Counted from the first letter of the whole stretch, positions 39,101 to 49,372 are shown. The stretch is 63,863 nt of DNA, filler included, from Welwitschia mirabilis (GCA_051453625.1; 4 parts of one record of this genome joined end to end with filler, not necessarily neighbours in it); one strand, 5' to 3'. Numbers and translations: made by a program. Notes: generated from the sequence alone by a model not told the origin.

Positions 39101-42100
39101 CCAAGGATAGTTATTAATCGTAACGTCCTAAGAAAACCTAAGATTAGGTTTGCTTAGTTTTCTATTATTGTGAAATATATGGTCATTACATTTCCAACAA
39201 TTCTTGTGTACGAAAACCTTTATTCACATTGTTAGGAAACTTTCTAGTTTATGGAATATGGTTAGAGATCTTATTCTACAAATTCCTCTATGCGCCTAGT
39301 AATAAAGTTTAAGAATGAGAATTGTTGTTTGAAGTTGTTGGCATCCATGTTGTATGTCTTGTAGTTTGGTTTATCTTCATTTTCTCCATTTATTTGCACA
39401 CTTTTGCTATGTGCTCTCTCTCATTTGGTACTAGAGGTAGTTTGTTGAGTTTTTTTATGTTTGTGAAAACTGCCATCTAATGAGTAAAATGTCGGCAGAC
39501 TCAAAAAGTTCTGTCGGGGAGACATGTCACCATTGTGTCGGCAATATCTCAGCGCAAAATGTCAGTACTTGTTTTTCTCAAACAAATGCAAAGCTTATTA
39601 ATTTAATAAGATGTGCAATCAATCACTGCTGTACTCGCAAAAATGGATTTTGCATGGGAAAATTGTGATTTTCCCCGTTAATTTTTCTTGCTGTTCACTG
39701 GTTTGTTACGCAAAAAATGGTTTTTTTTGCCAGAAAACAGTTTTAACGGTACCTGTGTGAGACATTTTGAAAAAGTCGGCAATATGTTGGCAAAAAGTCG
39801 AAAATGTCGGAAATGTCGCCGACTTTTTCAAAATGTCGGCTGAAAATGTTGGCCGACTTAAAGACATTTTCAATTTTAAAAAAGGGAACATGTTGCCCTT
39901 TTGATGACATGTCATGACATTTTAATCATTACTGCCATCTAGAAAGCAGTTGACTTCGTTACGTCTTTGAAAAGAGAATGAGGTGGAGGGACATGGTTCC
40001 AAGACAATGGCAGAAAAATAGCCTATTGAAGAAGGAATGACATGTCCTTATAAAAAAGACAGAAGTGAAAGTTTGAAGCCATAAGGAATGCTGTAAGAAA
40101 GCCTTCATCAAACAAAGTCGGTCTGAAATTCCTAATGCAAAGGATACCGTGGAAGAACTTGATAGTGATATGACCCCATATTGTGTACATAGTTCTACCA
40201 GACCTACTAGATCATTTGATAGGCATTCTCCTACTCTACATTTATGTGTTCTTTACTAATAAGGAGAATCTGAAGCTTGCCCACAAATTTAGGCTCTGTA
40301 CTATTTAAGCTACACATATTGATTATATAATTGAAGTTGAGATGAGCAAGCTTTTTATACATTTTAAACACTAATATAGCAGTATCATTTTTACTACTCA
40401 GCAGTATTTAACTCTTATCATACAAGGCTAACATACTAGTTTGTGCAATTATATATATGTTCTTTTCATGTAGAGACCACAACATTGAAACCATCACTTA
40501 AGACTGCAGACATAGGTATTAGATATTTGTTTAAAAGGTTTAATTTTTGTTCATTTCTAATGTTTCTGTAATCATTAGCATGGATTATTCCTAGATTCGA
40601 ACAAGTGTTTCCAGTCATACGGCGATATGCACCAGACTTAATATATTAAGAAGGATTGGCTTCTTTATTAAAAGACATGGCAAAAGAATTGCTTATGTAC
40701 CTTTCCATTATGGTGGTTTTGCAGTTTGAGAAGTATTGGATGTAAATGTTTCATTTGTTTGTTTTATGCGAGCTCTTCTGGTAATCTGTTTGCAATGCTT
40801 TCAGGGTAAATTATGAGGATTTATATCATTTCAGCCTGTTATTTTGCAGATTTTTTTTAGTATTTGTGTTGAATGCTTTTGTGCTCCTCGTGCCTCTTGT
40901 TTGTGTTCATAGATTGACAGGTGCATTGATGTGAAAATTCTTTCACCTCCGTCTGCTGCTTTGCCTGTTGTACTAGAGCAGACAACTTCACGCTGAGCTT
41001 TCAATTAGAATGTTCAAGTGCTTCTAAGAACACATTGAGCTTAGAAGTGAAGCCTTTCAACATTGTAAGGTTAAGCTTTTGGTTGTCGAATTGTTCCTTA
41101 TCCTTGATATAGTCAGCCTGGATCTTGTTAGAAGACTCTTCAAACGGACATTCCATACTCTGCAGCTGTCTATAGTTAATACCTGTTTCTTTGGCAATTT
41201 AATGGTCCATGTCACAAATTTGCTTAAGCATTTTGTTTGAATTAGCTGTTTTTCTTTTTCTTTTGATTTTTTTTTAAGCTTTGGTTCTCTCCTTCTTTTT
41301 CTCCACCAATAGCTGCTTTTGTGACTTTCTTCTTATACTTTTTCCCTTTCAACATTTGTTTGTTAGATGGCTTTCAAACCAAGGATATGGCATTTGAGGA
41401 TTTCTCTTGATTTGCTTTTACAATTACAAGTAGAGTAAATACAACTGAAGGATCTTTTCCATGAAGAAATTTTGGGAATGGATAAATAAAAAGGTACAAA
41501 AGTTACATTGCCTTATGCTTAATGATGTAATACACAATCATTATTCCAAAGTATGACTGAGATGGAATGGAAGTTTTAAACCTACACGGTATGCTTAATG
41601 TTTTAGAAAACAATGTAAGTCTTTACGTTCTACATTATATGCAGCTAACCATTTAATAGGTCAGATCACACTGCTGGTGTTGTGCTTGCATAGTTTTACA
41701 CTAGAATAACTTGGTTTGTCTATAGAGCATTTGTCTATAGAGAAATAATAAATCTCTTATATGATATTGTAACATTGTAACAGAAAGCCTATTATAGTTT
41801 ACTGCTTTATTGCATTATACCTAGTGGAAGGGAAGGGAAAATTTGGTAAAACATCAAATACACAAGATAGAAATGGGAGTTGATCACCAACAGTGATGTC
41901 TTTGTTATCTGCATTGTCACCCAGATTGTTATCATGGCTGATCTATAGACTGCTCTTTTGATAATTAAAGCGAGAGAATTGACTTTCATTCACACAGAAG
42001 GGGTTTGAAAGGACTCCTTTTCTTCTGTTCAGACTAGTGCATCATTACAGTACGTGGTTTTGAAATTCTGGATTGCTTCAAGAGTTAATAATGTCGTTAT

Positions 42101-45100
42101 TGAATATCATTAATTACTAGTGATAAATATTTAGTGAAGATGATTTTTCCCAGCTTTCTATGACTGAAAGCAATACACCGTTTCTTACATTTTCTCATAT
42201 CATGATGGTAAAAGCAATTTTAGAGTCCTGTACTTATCCTCACTAGGTGTCTTCTAAGCTTTATTCTTCTAGAAATATCAAAAACATGAGTTTTATGAGA
42301 ATCGAGTTTTTGTTCATAACAGATTATGACATCAGATCTACTTATCTTAACTTAGTGCTATTGTTTAAGTTGCTTTCTTGCTTTGAAATAATTTGGTTTT
42401 GGTGACTGATTTGCTGTGGTTTGACTGTTAAATGTTCTCCTATTTTAGGCAGCCCTGGCATTTGTTTTTGGTGGTACTTTCATTTGTAAAACTTCTGATG
42501 CAGCAAAGGAGGTATGATATTTATTTTCTTTTATTTATTTATAACTTATTTATTCAATTATTTATTTTCTTGTTTTCTTGATTTTTATTTTGTATTACAG
42601 GCATGAATTCATGAAATCCTTTACTATATTAATTAATGTGAATTTCGAGAAAAAGAGCAATATTTGAGCAAATCATTTTATTATTATGTCAAGTAACTTT
42701 CAAAAGCATTTGATTTATGTCTTGTGATGTGTGTTATGGAGTTTTTCATGATGTATTCTATGAGATTGGCACTTATTATCATGTTTACCAAGTTTGCAGC
42801 CATCTTAACTACTTAAGCATTGACATTTTGAGGGAAAAAGAAAGGAGTATAATTCTACTGGGCAAAGAGGGAAAAAGCAAGGCCAAAAGAGAGAAAAACT
42901 TACAAATTCGACAAATTTGGACGCTTTCTACCCTACACCCTCAGGAATAGTATACATGTCATAGTTGACAAAGGGAAAGCCAAAAACACAATCTGTCCTT
43001 GATAGCTGATCACAGGACCTTTTTTAGAAATACACAACGAAGTGCAAAGAAAAAGAAACCCACATAGTTTATCTCCCCCTTTCCCTTGAGGCATCCCTTC
43101 CTTGTGTGAACATGCTTGAGGGTTAAAACTCTAAAATGATGTTGACTTTGTCACCCTCTTATAAATACATAAAAAATAACCTTATAGATTTGTGAGGTAA
43201 AAATGGCTTTTGAAGGAGACAAGAAGAAAAGGTATAAAATAAATAAAAGAAGAAAGATTTAACATGTGTTTAAATTAAATGAAAACTGTTCTAAACCTTT
43301 TTTTTAACTTGAGGATGTCAATATATGTGAAACCACACCACACTCACTAGAGTCAGTAGTTTGCTTCATTGGTGAAAAACCATGGTTGGCCCTTATCGGC
43401 CTAGGAGGTAACCACTAAATGTCTAGGTCTCATCTGTGATTTATACCTAGGATGTTGAAGCCTATGCTCAAGTGTGCTTTGAATATATGGATATAAACCA
43501 CAAGCCAACTCACACATTGTACGATTCAAACCCAAGACTTTGAAGCTCCCAATGACTCATAAACATGGGTTGAATCAACTTTGCTATGCACCACACTCAA
43601 AACCACTAAGAAATCCATGTCACAAATCTTTACTATAAACCAATGCCAAGGAAAACAAAAACAATAAGCACAAGGAGAACACACACAGATTTACATGGAA
43701 AACCTTTTTAGGGAAAATCATGAGAACTAGGCAGAGCTTTTAATCTTATTCAAGGAGCAAAAAAATCACTATACAAAACAAACCCCCAAGCAACCTTTAA
43801 AGAGGTTTAGGGTTTCAAGCCAAGACAATCTAGAAACTTCCTTCCCTTTTTCCCTTCTTCTTTTTCTTTTACTTAAATACCCCAAGGAGTTAAAGCATAA
43901 CCTCCTTTTACAATATTACAAAAAGGAAGGGTCAATGTTAAAATATAACATTACATTATAAATAAGACAAATTTGGCTTCACTCTTCTAACATTCTCCCA
44001 CTTGAAGACAAATTTGGCGAGTCTCCAAGAACAGCTACTTTTGAAACTCCAAGAGATGCCTACTTCCATGCTTCTAGGTCACGTCCCCAATCCAACTCCA
44101 TTACAACATTCCTTTTGCTTTGTGCCATCAACAACTTTTGTCAGGAAATCAGCCTGATTTGCATGCGTGTGAATTTTCCAAACATCTAATAGGCCTTGCT
44201 CGATCTTCTGCCTAATGAAGTGATATTTAACATCAATGTGCTTAGATTTGGCATGATAAACAAGATTCTTCGCTAAATGTATAGCACTTTTACTATCATA
44301 GTGCAAGATAAACTTGATTTGACCAAGGCCCAACTAGCCAACAAAACCACACATCCATAACATCTCCTTAGTAGCTTCTATAAAGGCAATATACTCAGCT
44401 TCTGTAGTGGAAATAGGAACTTCAGATTGTAGATAGGACACCTAGCTAACAACTTCACCACCAAGAGTAAAAACGTACCCTTTAGTAGAGCTTCTGGTAT
44501 CCCTGCAGCTAGCATAATCAACATCCACATACCCTGTAATGTCCGAATCAGCATTGCCAAAACACAAACTCATATGTTGGGTTCCCTTCAAGTAACGAAG
44601 AGCCCCTTTTACAGCTTCCCAATGCTCTTTCTAGGATTACCCATGAAACGTGAAACAACTCCCATTGCTTGATTAATGCTTGTTCTAGTACATACTATGG
44701 CATACACGAGACTTTCTACGGTTGACGCAAAAGGTACAGATGTCATTTTTGTCTTCTTCTTATTTGAAGTAGGACAACCTTGATAAGTTGATTGGAAATG
44801 TGCAGCAAGAGGAGTACAAACAGGTTTACAATCTACCATTTTAAAATGTTTCAAAACTTTGCCAATATATTCAGACAGACTTAACTATAACCTACGACAT
44901 GATCTATCTCTAAAAATCCTCATTCTAAGGATTTGTTTTGTTGGTCCAAGATCCTTATTGGCAAAATTGTTGGATATTTCATGCTTCAATCTTTTGATTT
45001 CTTTCATGTTATTTCCAACAACCAACATATCATCAATATATAACATAAGAATGACAATCATACTTGAAGCACTCATGTAAAGGTATACACAATGATCATA

Positions 45101-48100
45101 ACCATATTTGGAGTATCCTTGTTTTTGCATAAAACCATCAAACTTCTTGTACCATTATCGAGGTGCTTGTTTCAAGCCATAAATAGACTTCTTCAACCTG
45201 CAAACTAGATTTCTATTTTCCACTTCCAAACCCTCTGGCATATGCACATGAATTTCCTTTTTAGATGACCATGCACAAAAACTGTTTTAATGTCTAATTG
45301 CTCTAACTCCTAATCCAAATAGACAACCATGCCAAACAAAATCCTAATAGATGTGTGTTTCACAATAGGTGAAAAATTTTTTATAAAATCAATACCTGGT
45401 TTTTGGATGTACACTTTCACCACCAACTGTGCTTTGTAGCGGTGTTCACCATTAGCCTCTTGTTTGATAACAAACACCCACCTAAATCTTAATGGTCTTT
45501 TCTTTTTAGTTAAGGAAACCAAATCCCAAGTATGATTCTGTTTGAGAGATTTCATTTCTTTTTCCATGGCAGCTTTTCATTTATGAGATTTAGAAGAACA
45601 AATAGCTTCTTCAAAAGATTTAGGTTCTCCCTTATCTATAAACAACACATAATGTAAAGACGGAGAATATCGTTTAATTTGCTTGATAACTCTAGTGGAT
45701 CTACCAACCCAATGTGCTGGAGTTTGGGTTTCATCATCATTAGACTTGGATTCAATTTTAGAACTTATGGACATTTTCCCAATGTGTATTATGGTTTTCA
45801 TCATTATCAACTTGTTCAGGCTTGTGTAGGGTATGAGAATCAGAACTTTCCCTTTTTTGAATGCTCTCCTGTGACTTGTAAAACATCACATCTTTTCTGA
45901 AATCAACGTCACATGATCTACCACTTCTATGTGCCATAGGATCCCAAAGCCTATATCCAAAATCGTCTCCCCCATAGCCAAGAAAAGCACATTTCCTACC
46001 GCGTTCTTCTAGTTTTTCTATATCCCGCAAATGGGCATACATGTCACATCCAAAAGCATGCAGGTGAGATAAAGAAAGAAAACTCCACTCTAGTCAGATG
46101 CTGGAATATCACCATCTAAGGCTAAATGTGGAGAACGATTGATCAAATAAGTAGTTGCTCTAGGACTTTCTGCCTAAAACAACTTAGGTATATTAGATGG
46201 AGCAAACATGAATCTAATTCTATCAAGANNNNNNNNNNNNNNNNNNNNNNNNNNNNNNNNNNNNNNNNNNNNNNNNNNNNNNNNNNNNNNNNNNNNNNNN
46301 NNNNNNNNNNNNNNNNNNNNNNNNNNNNTCTATCAATAAGCAGCACCATGCAAGACTGGTGTCCCTACTCTATAATTATTGCAGATCGGTGTGCTCTAAT
46401 TTTGATTGTATCTTATTTGTATCAGATCTTAAAAATGCAACCAGTACACAAGCAATTTGTGACTTTGAAATCTCAGCTGGAGCTCAAATCCTATGATCTT
46501 TCTCTCTTTGAAAAGAGAGCACATGAGAACGAACACCATAAGGTTTTTCTCTCTTTTGTGCAGTATTATTTAGCAGGATCTAACAGAATTTTTTTTCTTG
46601 CGGGATACAAAAATACTCTTACCAAAACCCTCCAATTATGAATCAACCTTAATCGCTTGGTTGTATGTTCTGAACGATGCCTAGTTTATCTATGAATCAT
46701 TTAATCGGTTGCAGTCATTTTTCTTAGTGTTGACATACTTTGTGGGAACATGAAATTGTTCTAGTTGAGTGAACAAGTAGCAACTTTGAAGAATGAACTG
46801 GAAGAGTCAAAGCGCAATCTGGGGGATAAGCAGGTGCTCCATAAGAACTCTGTGTTGAAGGTCTCTACATTGGAGAAAGCAATTAAGGAACATAGCAGAG
46901 ACCGAGATAGTAAACTCGCATATCTTGAAAAGACAATCAAGTCCATCAAGCAGCAAATGGCATCTGCTTCCAAGGAACTGAGGGCAAGTATTGAATGTCT
47001 TTTTACCAGGCAAATTCTGGAGTGCTGTGTCAATTATTGCCAGGCAACTCTATTCGTTTGAATTTGTTTTTCCTAGGCAAATTTTGTAGCCCTGTGTCAA
47101 TTATTGCCAGACATCTTGATTCGTTTGAATGTGTTTTTCCTAGGCAAATTTTGTACTCTTGTGTCAATTATTTCCTGGCATCTTTATTCGTTTGAATATT
47201 TGTTAGGGTCATGAAGGTGAAAAAGAGAGGTTAATTATGGAAACGGAAGCAGTTATTCAGGAAAAAGCATCCCTAGAAACTCAGTTAACTACATCTGAAA
47301 ATCAAATAAGGGTTCTTGAAGGAGACATAGAGAAACTTAGAAGCAAGGTAAGATTCGACATTCGCTTGCATTAGATCTGGTATATTTCGCTTTTCGGGAT
47401 TCTATTATTTTGCTCCTCGTGTTTTCCAGAATTACTATATCAGGTAATTCTATGATTTTGCGTTCTTGTATGTGTAGATTTACTTTAGCTTTTCTTTCTT
47501 GGTAAATCCCAGGTGGACTGGCTAAGAAAGCAATATGATGAAGCGCAGACTGAGCTAAATACAAGCCGTACAAAGATCAAGCAATGTGATGCTCAAATAA
47601 GCTCTCTTGCAAAGGTTCAGCACCAGCTTCAACAAAAACTAAGTGATGGAAATATTGAAAAAAAGAAATTGAATAATGAGGTATGTTCCTGAACACCTGT
47701 TGAAAGCTGAAATTATTTGAAGCGATGTGTGTTCAGATGTGACGGTCTAAATTTATATGGCAGATTAAACGGCTTGAGCTGGAACAAAAAGAATGCTCCT
47801 CACAGGTAGACAGATTGCTTGAGAAGCATGAGTGGATAGCAACAGAGAGACAATTGTTTGGAAAGGCTGGAACTGACTATGATTTCTCATCATGTGATGC
47901 AAGCAAAGCAAGGGATAAATATGAGAAATTGCAAGCTGAGCAATCGAAGTATGTTTGCACAGAAGCATTCTAATTAGAAAATATAGTTGACCATAGGATT
48001 GCGATATCTAAGCTGCTTTATGTTTGCTAGAATCGGACGTGCTTATGATGAATCTTACATTGTCTTTTTGTTTGTCGTCTGTGATTGTAATATACGTATA

Positions 48101-49372
48101 AAGCCTCGAGAAGAGAGTCAATAAAAAGGTGATGACAATGTTCGAGAAGGCAGAGGATGAGTACAGGAATTTGACATCCAAAAAGAATATTATTGAGGTT
48201 TGAATTGTCTATTGAATGTATGCTTACAGTATCTTAAGTAAATCGAAACAGGTTCTTACGTTTGTCAAATTCAATCCAGAATGATAAGGCAAAGATTAAA
48301 AAGGTGATCCAGGAATTAGATGAGAAAAAGAAGGAGACCCTGAAGATGACTTGGGTCAAAGTAAACAAGTAAGAGAAATTAAGTGACCTAAGTTCTTCAG
48401 CCTGGAATTTTGTTTTTGAAAGTAAATCAGCTGTGTGAAAAATGCAACACCCTTTTCTGCAGGGATTTTGGATCTATATTTTCAACATTGTTACCTGGAA
48501 CAATGGCAAAACTTGAGCCTCCAGAGGGAGGTGACTTCTTGGATGGTCTAGAGGTTCGTGTAGCGTTTGGAAGCGTTTGGAAGCAGTCATTGTCTGAATT
48601 GAGTGGGGGTCAGCGTTCTCTTCTTGCATTGTCTCTCATATTAGCATTGCTGCTTTTCAAACCTGCTCCTCTCTATATTCTTGATGAGGTAATCAAGTGT
48701 TGATTTTGTATCTTTTCTGCGGGCATCACAAGTCTTGATCGCAGTGTTAGTTTCATGTATTTAACATCTAGAAGGGGAAAAAAGGGTTATTTATATGGAA
48801 AACATGTCATTAGCAGTTACACTGCTACCATCCAATAGAGCTACAGACCCTTTTGTAAACATAGTGAAATATTCAAATTCAGTGTCAATTACAGTGTCAT
48901 CATTCGTAATTCGTTGTACTTACAGGTAGATGCTGCTCTTGACCTCAGTCACACACAAAATATCGGAAGGATGATAAAAGCTCATTTCCCACAGTCACAG
49001 GCATGCCGTGCTACTTTGCAGCGTGACACATTTACGGGTTTTTTGACGACATATGTTGAATTTTTAGACTTAAGCTAATTAATTAATGTTATGATTCTCA
49101 GTTCATTGTGGTTTCTCTCAAAGAAGGCATGTTCAATAATGCCAATGTGATTTTCCGGACAAAGTTCGTAGATGGAGTGTCTACCGTGATGAGAACAGTT
49201 CCAAAACAAAATAAAAAGAATTCTGATGATAGCCCAGGAAGGTATATTTTCATAATTCCATGTAGCAACTTTATATACAGTTTCTCTTCTTCACAATACC
49301 TTGTTTCCTTATAAATTTCTTTTGATTTGTGACGCTTCCAGGAGACCATTGAAGGAGAACAGGGGAATCTAG
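29851..49372 (+). CDS. SMC2: Structural maintenance of chromosomes protein 2 (condensin I/II core ATPase), multi-exon gene
   Basis: Manual model: join(29851-30168,30389-31069,31488-31631,31732-32022,32111-32296,32389-32553,32664-32723,42449-42511,[missing exon(s)],46426-46542,46765-46983,47207-47347,47513-47680,47764-47948,48104-48197,48280-48368,48463-48688,48926-49000,49102-49241,49342-49372). About 1130 aa visible and all phases are consistent. Motifs: Walker A GLNGSGKS, signature LSGGQ, Walker B YILDE, D-loop DAALD, and SMC2-typical [57 protein letters not shown]. Confidence 0.97.
30389..31069 (+). CDS. SMC2: SMC2 exon 2
   Basis: ttctgcag|[13 protein letters not shown]...AIGK|gtgatg; 681 nt, phase 0. 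Confidence 0.95.
31488..31631 (+). CDS. SMC2: SMC2 exon 3 (coiled coil)
   Basis: cacgcag|LKKSIEE...LEYQ|gtatca. Confidence 0.9.
31732..32022 (+). CDS. SMC2: SMC2 exon 4 (coiled coil)
   Basis: taacag|AVLAGKSSG...ETLEK|gtatat. Confidence 0.92.
32111..32296 (+). CDS. SMC2: SMC2 exon 5 (start of hinge)
   Basis: cccag|ERSQ...[20 protein letters not shown]...TALE|gtagta. Confidence 0.92.
32389..32553 (+). CDS. SMC2: SMC2 exon 6 (hinge)
   Basis: ctcag|[13 protein letters not shown]...[10 protein letters not shown]...ATKL|gtttgt. Confidence 0.92.
32664..32723 (+). CDS. SMC2: SMC2 exon 7 (60 nt; not in ORF track)
   Basis: tttaag|[20 protein letters not shown]|gtatgg; matches plant SMC2 ALSLVGY. 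Confidence 0.9.
33273..34203. mobile_element. Non-autonomous hAT-like element in SMC2 intron 7 (old)
   Basis: 8-bp TSD TTTTGTTC (33265-33272) and TTTTGTTT (34204-34211). Termini TAGTGTTATTAGACTC...GAATTTTGCTACTATG, with clustered ACTCACC/GAGTTT subterminal motifs at both ends. Confidence 0.55.
37470..37718 (-). repeat. Copia LTR fragment (U5 region), truncated by gap
   Basis: ACACGGATTTACGTGGAAAACCC...GGAAAAACCATGG motif, also present in the LTR at 43680-43725. Confidence 0.55.
37819..38534 (-). repeat. LTR fragment with GGACGTCC palindrome array
   Basis: Nine GGACGTCCC-type motifs at 37831-38066; terminus GCATCAACA at 38534 (TGTTGATGC on minus strand). Confidence 0.55.
39400..40280 (+). 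mobile_element. Highly deleted Tork/Tnt1-like Copia remnant hosting the MITE
   Basis: PBS-like TGGTACTAGAG at 39426. 40200-40275 reads [24 protein letters not shown], similar to the INT-RT linker [18 protein letters not shown] of the element at 43618-46228. Confidence 0.45.
39478..39931. mobile_element. hAT-family MITE (454 bp), relatively young, in SMC2 intron 7
   Basis: Perfect 8-bp TSD CTGCCATC (39470-39477 and 39932-39939). 16-bp TIR TAATGAGTAAAATGTC / GACATTTTAATCATTA (15/16 match). Subterminal TGTCGG/CCGAC motifs; CpGs retained. Confidence 0.9.
42449..42511 (+). CDS. SMC2: SMC2 exon 8 (63 nt, isolated between two TE-filled introns)
   Basis: ttttag|[21 protein letters not shown]|gtatga; matches hinge motif VFGxTFxCKxxDAAKE. 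Confidence 0.92.
43298..43598 (-). mobile_element. Putative tRNA-derived SINE in SMC2 intron 8
   Basis: Minus-strand A-box TAGCAAAGTTGA (~43575-43586), B-box GGTTTGAATC (43523-43532), T8 tail at 43298-43305; TSD weak (aaacc). Confidence 0.5.
43618..46228 (-). mobile_element. Tnt1/Tork-like Ty1/Copia retrotransposon (INT-RT-RNaseH and 3' LTR), antisense in SMC2 intron; 5' part lost in gap
   Basis: [39 protein letters not shown] (RT), [32 protein letters not shown] (RNase H). PPT CAAGTGGGAGAA at 43993-44004; LTR TG...CA at 43618-43992. Frameshifts and stops. Confidence 0.93.
46426..46542 (+). CDS. SMC2: SMC2 exon (first after gap)
   Basis: atcag|ILKMQP...[23 protein letters not shown]|gttttt. 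Confidence 0.9.
46765..46983 (+). CDS. SMC2: SMC2 exon, followed by GC-AG intron
   Basis: ttctag|LSEQV...ASKELR|gcaagt. Confidence 0.88.
46993..47193 (+). repeat. 3 x 67-bp tandem repeat filling a GC-AG intron
   Basis: Units start at 46993, 47060 and 47127: gaat.t.tttt.c.aggcaaatt.tg...tgtgtcaattatt.cc...ca....attcgttt. Confidence 0.92.
47207..47347 (+). CDS. SMC2: SMC2 exon
   Basis: tgttag|[12 protein letters not shown]...LRSK|gtaaga. Confidence 0.9.
47513..47680 (+). CDS. SMC2: SMC2 exon
   Basis: cccag|VDWLRK...CDAQIS...KKLNNE|gtatgt. Confidence 0.9.
47764..47948 (+). CDS. SMC2: SMC2 exon
   Basis: ggcag|IKRLE...[21 protein letters not shown]...EQS+AA|gtatgt (phase 2). Confidence 0.92.
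48104..48197 (+). CDS. SMC2: SMC2 exon
   Basis: taaag|C+[20 protein letters not shown]...KNIIE|gtttga. Confidence 0.92.
48280..48368 (+). CDS. SMC2: SMC2 exon
   Basis: tccag|[29 protein letters not shown]+AA|gtaaga. Confidence 0.93.
48463..48688 (+). CDS. SMC2: SMC2 exon (signature motif, Walker B)
   Basis: ctgcag|G+[12 protein letters not shown]...[13 protein letters not shown]...YILDE|gtaatc. Confidence 0.95.
48926..49000 (+). CDS. SMC2: SMC2 exon (D-loop), followed by GC-AG intron
   Basis: tacag|[25 protein letters not shown]|gcatgc. Confidence 0.92.
49102..49241 (+). CDS. SMC2: SMC2 penultimate exon
   Basis: tctcag|[11 protein letters not shown]...KNSDDSPG+AG|gtatat. Confidence 0.88.
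49342..49372 (+). CDS. SMC2: SMC2 predicted terminal coding exon ([10 protein letters not shown])
   Basis: T-rich 100-nt intron 49242-49341 (gtatat...ttccag). The phase-2 junction reads AG+G then AGA CCA TTG AAG GAG AAC AGG GGA ATC TAG. Confidence 0.65.

Noticed and set aside
40860..41500. Possible cryptic/poison exon or displaced SMC2 hinge exon in intron 7
   Set aside because: Acceptor-like sites exist but translations show no SMC2 similarity and stop early; unsupported without RNA data.
46095..46150. LDGDIP peptide resembling the missing SMC2 TLEGDIF motif
   Set aside because: On the minus strand and part of the Copia integrase YLINRSP..LDGDIP motif.
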